DNA from: Gammaproteobacteria bacterium
GTDB taxonomy: Bacteria; Pseudomonadota; Gammaproteobacteria; Steroidobacterales; PWYM01
DNA: 64,000 nucleotides
Reading direction: 5' to 3'
NCBI GenBank assembly: GCA_003567475.1
Contig: PWZL01000021.1
Location: 3,485 to 67,484 of the forward strand
Each line of letters begins with the position of its first letter. The first letter of the stretch is position 1. Shown in pieces: positions 61,001-64,000 of this stretch. Under the pieces are notes generated by a model. It did not search any database. It was not told where the DNA came from and saw only the letters and a program-made list of their open reading frames with translations. Position numbers and translations under genes: made by a program.

Positions 61001-61757
61001 CGGCCGGGCCAAGCCCGAGCGGGTCTCCCAGATGGAGGGGCAGACGATCTGGCTGATTGGCGAATTCCTGACAGCCAACCTGGCACGCGCCGCGCGGCTG
61101 GCCCTGGAACACAGCCGCGTGGGCAGGATCATGCTGCTGACCCAGACCCCGGCCGCTGCGCATCAGGTGCGCGAGCTGCTGCAGATCGTGCCCGGTGTCG
61201 AGCGGATCCATCCGATCTGTGTCGGCGACGATCTCGAAGCCGGCATGGATGAGGCACTGCGCGTGGGCGGCACGCCGGCGGCGGTCGTCTCCACGCCGTT
61301 CATGCCGCTGCCCAAGGCGCTGTTCGCCCACGAAGACGAGCAGGGCCTCGACGCGGCCGGTTTCGCCGGGCTGGTCGAGGCCCATCTCACGCACCACTTC
61401 CGCGTCGCCCGCAAGGTCAGCCTGCTCGATGGCGTACGCCTGGTGCTGGTAACGCCCGACGTGCCGGTCCACCCCACGCATGCGGAATTCGCTCTGGCGA
61501 ATTTCATCAAGACCACGCTGCATGCGCTGACGGCCACCTTGGGCGTCGAGAACGAGCGGCTGGTGCACGGCACACCGGTCAACCAGGTGAACCTGACCCG
61601 CCGGGTGCGTTCGGAGGAGCCGCGCGACCTGGGTGAGCAGGCCGAGGAGCAGGAACGTTTCGCGCACGCTGTGCTGCTGGCCAGTGCACCCATCGCCGGA
61701 CACAAGGACAGCCGTTACCGCGCGCGCATTTATCGGGGGCTGGCGATCACAGTGTAA
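58062..61757 (+). CDS. mcr: bifunctional malonyl-CoA reductase
   Basis: ~1231 aa tandem SDR domains: TGAGGNIG and YYGRAAYVVPKAAL; TGGSAGIG and YPNRADYAVSKAGQRA; ATGA overlap with pcs. Confidence 0.92.
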   Translation: MTGSQDTGGDRRRTSRGRLAGKIALVTGAGGNIGRVVCERFLKEGATVVMTGRTREKLEALRSDLRERLRVPAARMPVVVIDGAEPGQVRVGIENIIATHGRIDVLVNNAGSAGPKCPLADLPITPDDLAALKAAGIEEHETVPMAARNLLGIAWNFVRAAAPHLPPGASVINVSTIFSRTQYYGRAAYVVPKAALNTFSRQLALELGPKGVRVNTVFPGPIASERIRTVFAAMDTLRSQPQGTTADEFLGLMTLARPQDSAAPAYGFPTIDDVANTLVFLASDESAAMNGHNIEVTHGMQVRQESRSTAISRPELRTVDGVGVRILLAAGDQVSDALTVARVQADCGAEVLLGLGSEESVRAAREALEDTGRDQRIRTVLLDRTRPDTVRAVFEALCDAGEALHGAIIMPAYGAWRFRGTLVGDSDADVAAFLDGELVGSLVIARELTRFWKRIGDALRLAPSVVFVSNGDDGHGNVYADILRAATEELCRIWRNETEVQQQAGERRFQEWSNQVIRWPNREGEEVPFAAGQAARLLYTRRRIRQVNLYLPASIAEATGSRRAIFGWMESLMGLHLGKVALITGGSAGIGGQLGRLLAIGGARVMLVARRADQLAEMRASIVRELEDIGYYAAEERVQVMADIDVADEAALARSVAQTMAKFGRLDYLINNAGIAGAEQMVVDMEVDDWRNTLNANLVSNFSLIEKVVPIMKAQGSGYILNVSSYFGGEKYIAVPYPNRADYAVSKAGQRALTENLARFVGPEIQINAIAPGPVDGDRLRGTGGKPGLFERRGRLILENRRLNALYAAVIEALKAGHDIDAILQVLASNDAAAIASEERAPPQLRAFAERVRNKGLELQEAASSGRFLMNRAIAQRLIGRLRLGGRFLAESQSAAYGDDWLTALPAPPEPFVAQSDVLKAAEKIRTGVLEILHLNNMPSELEVALATVYFLADRAVSGETFHPSGGLHQERTITERELFGRAKPERVSQMEGQTIWLIGEFLTANLARAARLALEHSRVGRIMLLTQTPAAAHQVRELLQIVPGVERIHPICVGDDLEAGMDEALRVGGTPAAVVSTPFMPLPKALFAHEDEQGLDAAGFAGLVEAHLTHHFRVARKVSLLDGVRLVLVTPDVPVHPTHAEFALANFIKTTLHALTATLGVENERLVHGTPVNQVNLTRRVRSEEPRDLGEQAEEQERFAHAVLLASAPIAGHKDSRYRARIYRGLAITV

Positions 61758-61799
61758 GCCGCGGGATAATCCCATGGTGTTTTCTGCGGCAGGCCGCTG

Positions 61800-62789
61800 A
61801 TGTTTCATATCGTCAATACCGATGTTTTCGATCGCGAGAGCCTGGATCGACTGTGCCACCTGAGCGATGCCGTGCGGCACATCGCCAAGGCAACCGAGGG
61901 CGCACGCTTCCTGCAGCAGCTGCTGCCGACCAAGCGCGCGATGCTGTATTTCACCCAACCCTCGACACGCACGTTTCTCTCCATGAACAACGCCTGTCAT
62001 GTGCTCGGCGTGCGAACCAGCGAAATCCGCGACCCCGAGGTGTCGTCGGAAATCAAGGGCGAGACGTTCGAAGACAGCATCCGTACGTTCAGTTCCTACG
62101 TCGACCTGATCGTGATGCGTACGCCGGAACCCGGCTATGCCGCCCGCGCCGCAGCGCTGATGGATTCAATTCCGCGGCCGGTGCCGATCGTCAATGCCGG
62201 CAGTGGCCGCGATCAACACCCCACGCAGGCGCTGCTGGACATCTACACGCTTGAGCGCAGCTTCGAGCAGCGCGGTGGCATCGATGGCAAGACCATCGGC
62301 ATGATGGGGGACCTGCGTCGCGGGCGCACCGTGCGCTCACTGAGTCGCCTGATGCGACATTACCGCGATGTGCGCCTCGTATTCATCGCGCCACCAGCCT
62401 TCGAGATGGAGCCGGACATCAAGGCGTTCCTTGACGAGTACGGCGTGGCCTGGTCTGAAACCGCAGCACTGCATGAGGCCCTGCCGGCACTGGATGCGCT
62501 GTATGTCACCCGCATGCAGTTCGAGCATGACACCGACGGCGAGTCCTCGCGAGTCGACCTGGCGCAATTCAGCATCGGCCCGGCAGAGCTCGGGATTCTG
62601 CGGCCCGACACCGTGCTGATGCATCCCCTGCCCCGCGGCCGCGAGATCCATCCGTCCGTGGACGGCGACGCGCGTGCCATGTACTGGCGACAGGAACGCA
62701 ATGGCATGTGGATGCGCGTGGCATTGATCGCCACGCTGTTCGGCGCACAGGACCGTATCCTCGAGGCCGTGGACCGCTACGACCACTGA
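61800..62789 (+). CDS. pyrB: aspartate carbamoyltransferase catalytic subunit
   Basis: FTQPSTRT, HPTQALLD, GDLRRGRTVRSL, HPLPR. Confidence 0.92.
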   Translation: MFHIVNTDVFDRESLDRLCHLSDAVRHIAKATEGARFLQQLLPTKRAMLYFTQPSTRTFLSMNNACHVLGVRTSEIRDPEVSSEIKGETFEDSIRTFSSYVDLIVMRTPEPGYAARAAALMDSIPRPVPIVNAGSGRDQHPTQALLDIYTLERSFEQRGGIDGKTIGMMGDLRRGRTVRSLSRLMRHYRDVRLVFIAPPAFEMEPDIKAFLDEYGVAWSETAALHEALPALDALYVTRMQFEHDTDGESSRVDLAQFSIGPAELGILRPDTVLMHPLPRGREIHPSVDGDARAMYWRQERNGMWMRVALIATLFGAQDRILEAVDRYDH

Positions 62790-62817
62790 TCACCACCGCC
62801 CCCTCTGGAGCGTACTT

Positions 62818-63249
62818 ATGAGCAACAGCCTGAAGACCGTCGCCATTCTCGTCGCACTCTTGCTGGCGACACTCGCGGGCCGCGCACTGGTCGCGGAGAC
62901 CGCTGATGACGCTGAGCCGCGGCCAGGCTACATGATCGTGATCGGGACCGGTGTGGACTCCCCCCGCATGGGTCCCTACGCGGCGGCCACCGTTCCGTTG
63001 CTGCTCGAGTTCGGCGGTGAGCTGCTGTTCATCAGTGAGGAACACGGTGCGGAGATTCTGGAGGGCGGGCCGTTCGAGAGCTCGATCCGCGTGTTCCGCT
63101 TTCCTTCGCTACAGCACGCCCGTGACTTCTACTACTCGGAGGCCTACCAGCGGGAGGCGATACCCTTGCGCGAGGGTCTGGGCCAGCTCGATGTCATCGT
63201 CAGCGACGCCTTCGTGCCTGATCCGCGCTGGCTGCAGGCTGGCGATTGA
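62818..63249 (+). CDS. DUF1330-like protein with signal peptide
   Basis: LEGG...RFPSLQHARDFYYSEAYQ...R pattern. Confidence 0.7.
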   Translation: MSNSLKTVAILVALLLATLAGRALVAETADDAEPRPGYMIVIGTGVDSPRMGPYAAATVPLLLEFGGELLFISEEHGAEILEGGPFESSIRVFRFPSLQHARDFYYSEAYQREAIPLREGLGQLDVIVSDAFVPDPRWLQAGD

Positions 63250-63256
63250 GCGGCGA

Positions 63257-64000
63257 TCAGGCCGCGCCGGCCGCCGCCGGCGCCAGGCAGTCGATCACCC
63301 GCGCCACTTCCGCCGGGCTGCCAAGCACCACGGGGGTACGCTGGTGCAGCGCCGTGGGCTGGATCTCCAGGATCCTGCCCCTGCCATCCATCGCCTGACC
63401 GCCCGCCTGCTCGATGATCATGGCCATCGGGTTGGCCTCGTAGAGCAGCCGCAGCTTGCCCTGCGGCGCCTGCTCGGTCGGCGGGTACATGAACACGCCG
63501 CCCTTGAGGAGGGTGCGATGCACGTCGGCCACCATGGCACCCACATACCGGCTCGAGTAACCGTGCTGCTGCGCCCAGTCGAGATAGGCGCGATACCCGG
63601 CTGGAAAGCTCTGCCGGTTGCCTTCGTTCAGGGAATAGCAGCGGCCGGTCTCTGGGATCTTAAGGCCCTGCTCGACACGAATGAACGCACCGATCGAGGT
63701 GTCGAGCACGAACATGTCGACGCCCTCGCCGGTCGTCATGACGAGGACCGTCGAGGAACCGTAGAGCACATAGCCGGCGGCGACCTGCCGGTCACCGCGC
63801 TGCAGTACCGAGTCTTCGGTACGGCTGCTGCGCCGATCATGGCGCAGAACACTGAAAATCGTCCCGACGCCTCCGGCGACGTCGAGGTTCGAAGAGCCGT
63901 CGAGCGGATCGAACAGTACGCAGTATCCGCGCTCCCGGCCATGGTCTGCAGTGATCACCACCGGCTCTGCGGCCTCTTCAGAGGCAAGCACCATGACCCC
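63257..64000 (-). CDS. fbp: fructose-1,6-bisphosphatase class 1 (5' end outside window)
   Basis: FDPLDGSSN, RYVGAMVADVHRTL, GKLRLLYEANPMA. Confidence 0.93.
   Translation of the reverse strand, partial: GVMVLASEEAAEPVVITADHGRERGYCVLFDPLDGSSNLDVAGGVGTIFSVLRHDRRSSRTEDSVLQRGDRQVAAGYVLYGSSTVLVMTTGEGVDMFVLDTSIGAFIRVEQGLKIPETGRCYSLNEGNRQSFPAGYRAYLDWAQQHGYSSRYVGAMVADVHRTLLKGGVFMYPPTEQAPQGKLRLLYEANPMAMIIEQAGGQAMDGRGRILEIQPTALHQRTPVVLGSPAEVARVIDCLAPAAAGAA

Noticed and set aside
61800-64000. pyrB and fbp as part of the carbon-fixation module or a Calvin cycle cluster
   Set aside because: Ordinary housekeeping enzymes; no prk or rbc genes visible; fbp is on the opposite strand
1-64000. CRISPR arrays, tRNAs, IS elements, prophage or defence systems
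   Set aside because: No regularly spaced repeats, cloverleafs, transposase/integrase motifs or obvious compositional shifts were seen

Overview
GC-rich chromosomal segment that looks gammaproteobacterial; no tRNA, rRNA, CRISPR array or mobile element was recognised. Left to right it holds: (1) an atypical Mrp Na+/H+ antiporter operon with three MrpD-like subunits and a structured leader; (2) a MarR-controlled ask-ectABC ectoine operon; (3) assorted enzymes; (4) a ~30 kb stretch dominated by phosphorus-starvation functions (exported EEP hydrolase, phnDCEE-like ABC transporter, Oar-type TonB receptor, OlsF-like aminolipid acyltransferase, tandem porins, pstSCAB-phoU), several preceded by 11-bp-phased Pho-box-like repeats; (5) a translationally coupled pcs-mcr pair (trifunctional propionyl-CoA synthase plus bifunctional malonyl-CoA reductase, the two signature enzymes of the 3-hydroxypropionate pathway), then pyrB, a DUF1330-like gene and a truncated fbp. 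The gene set suggests a salt/alkali-adapted, P-limited organism that may co-assimilate bicarbonate with acetate (inference). All calls come from motif recognition by eye; no database searches were run.
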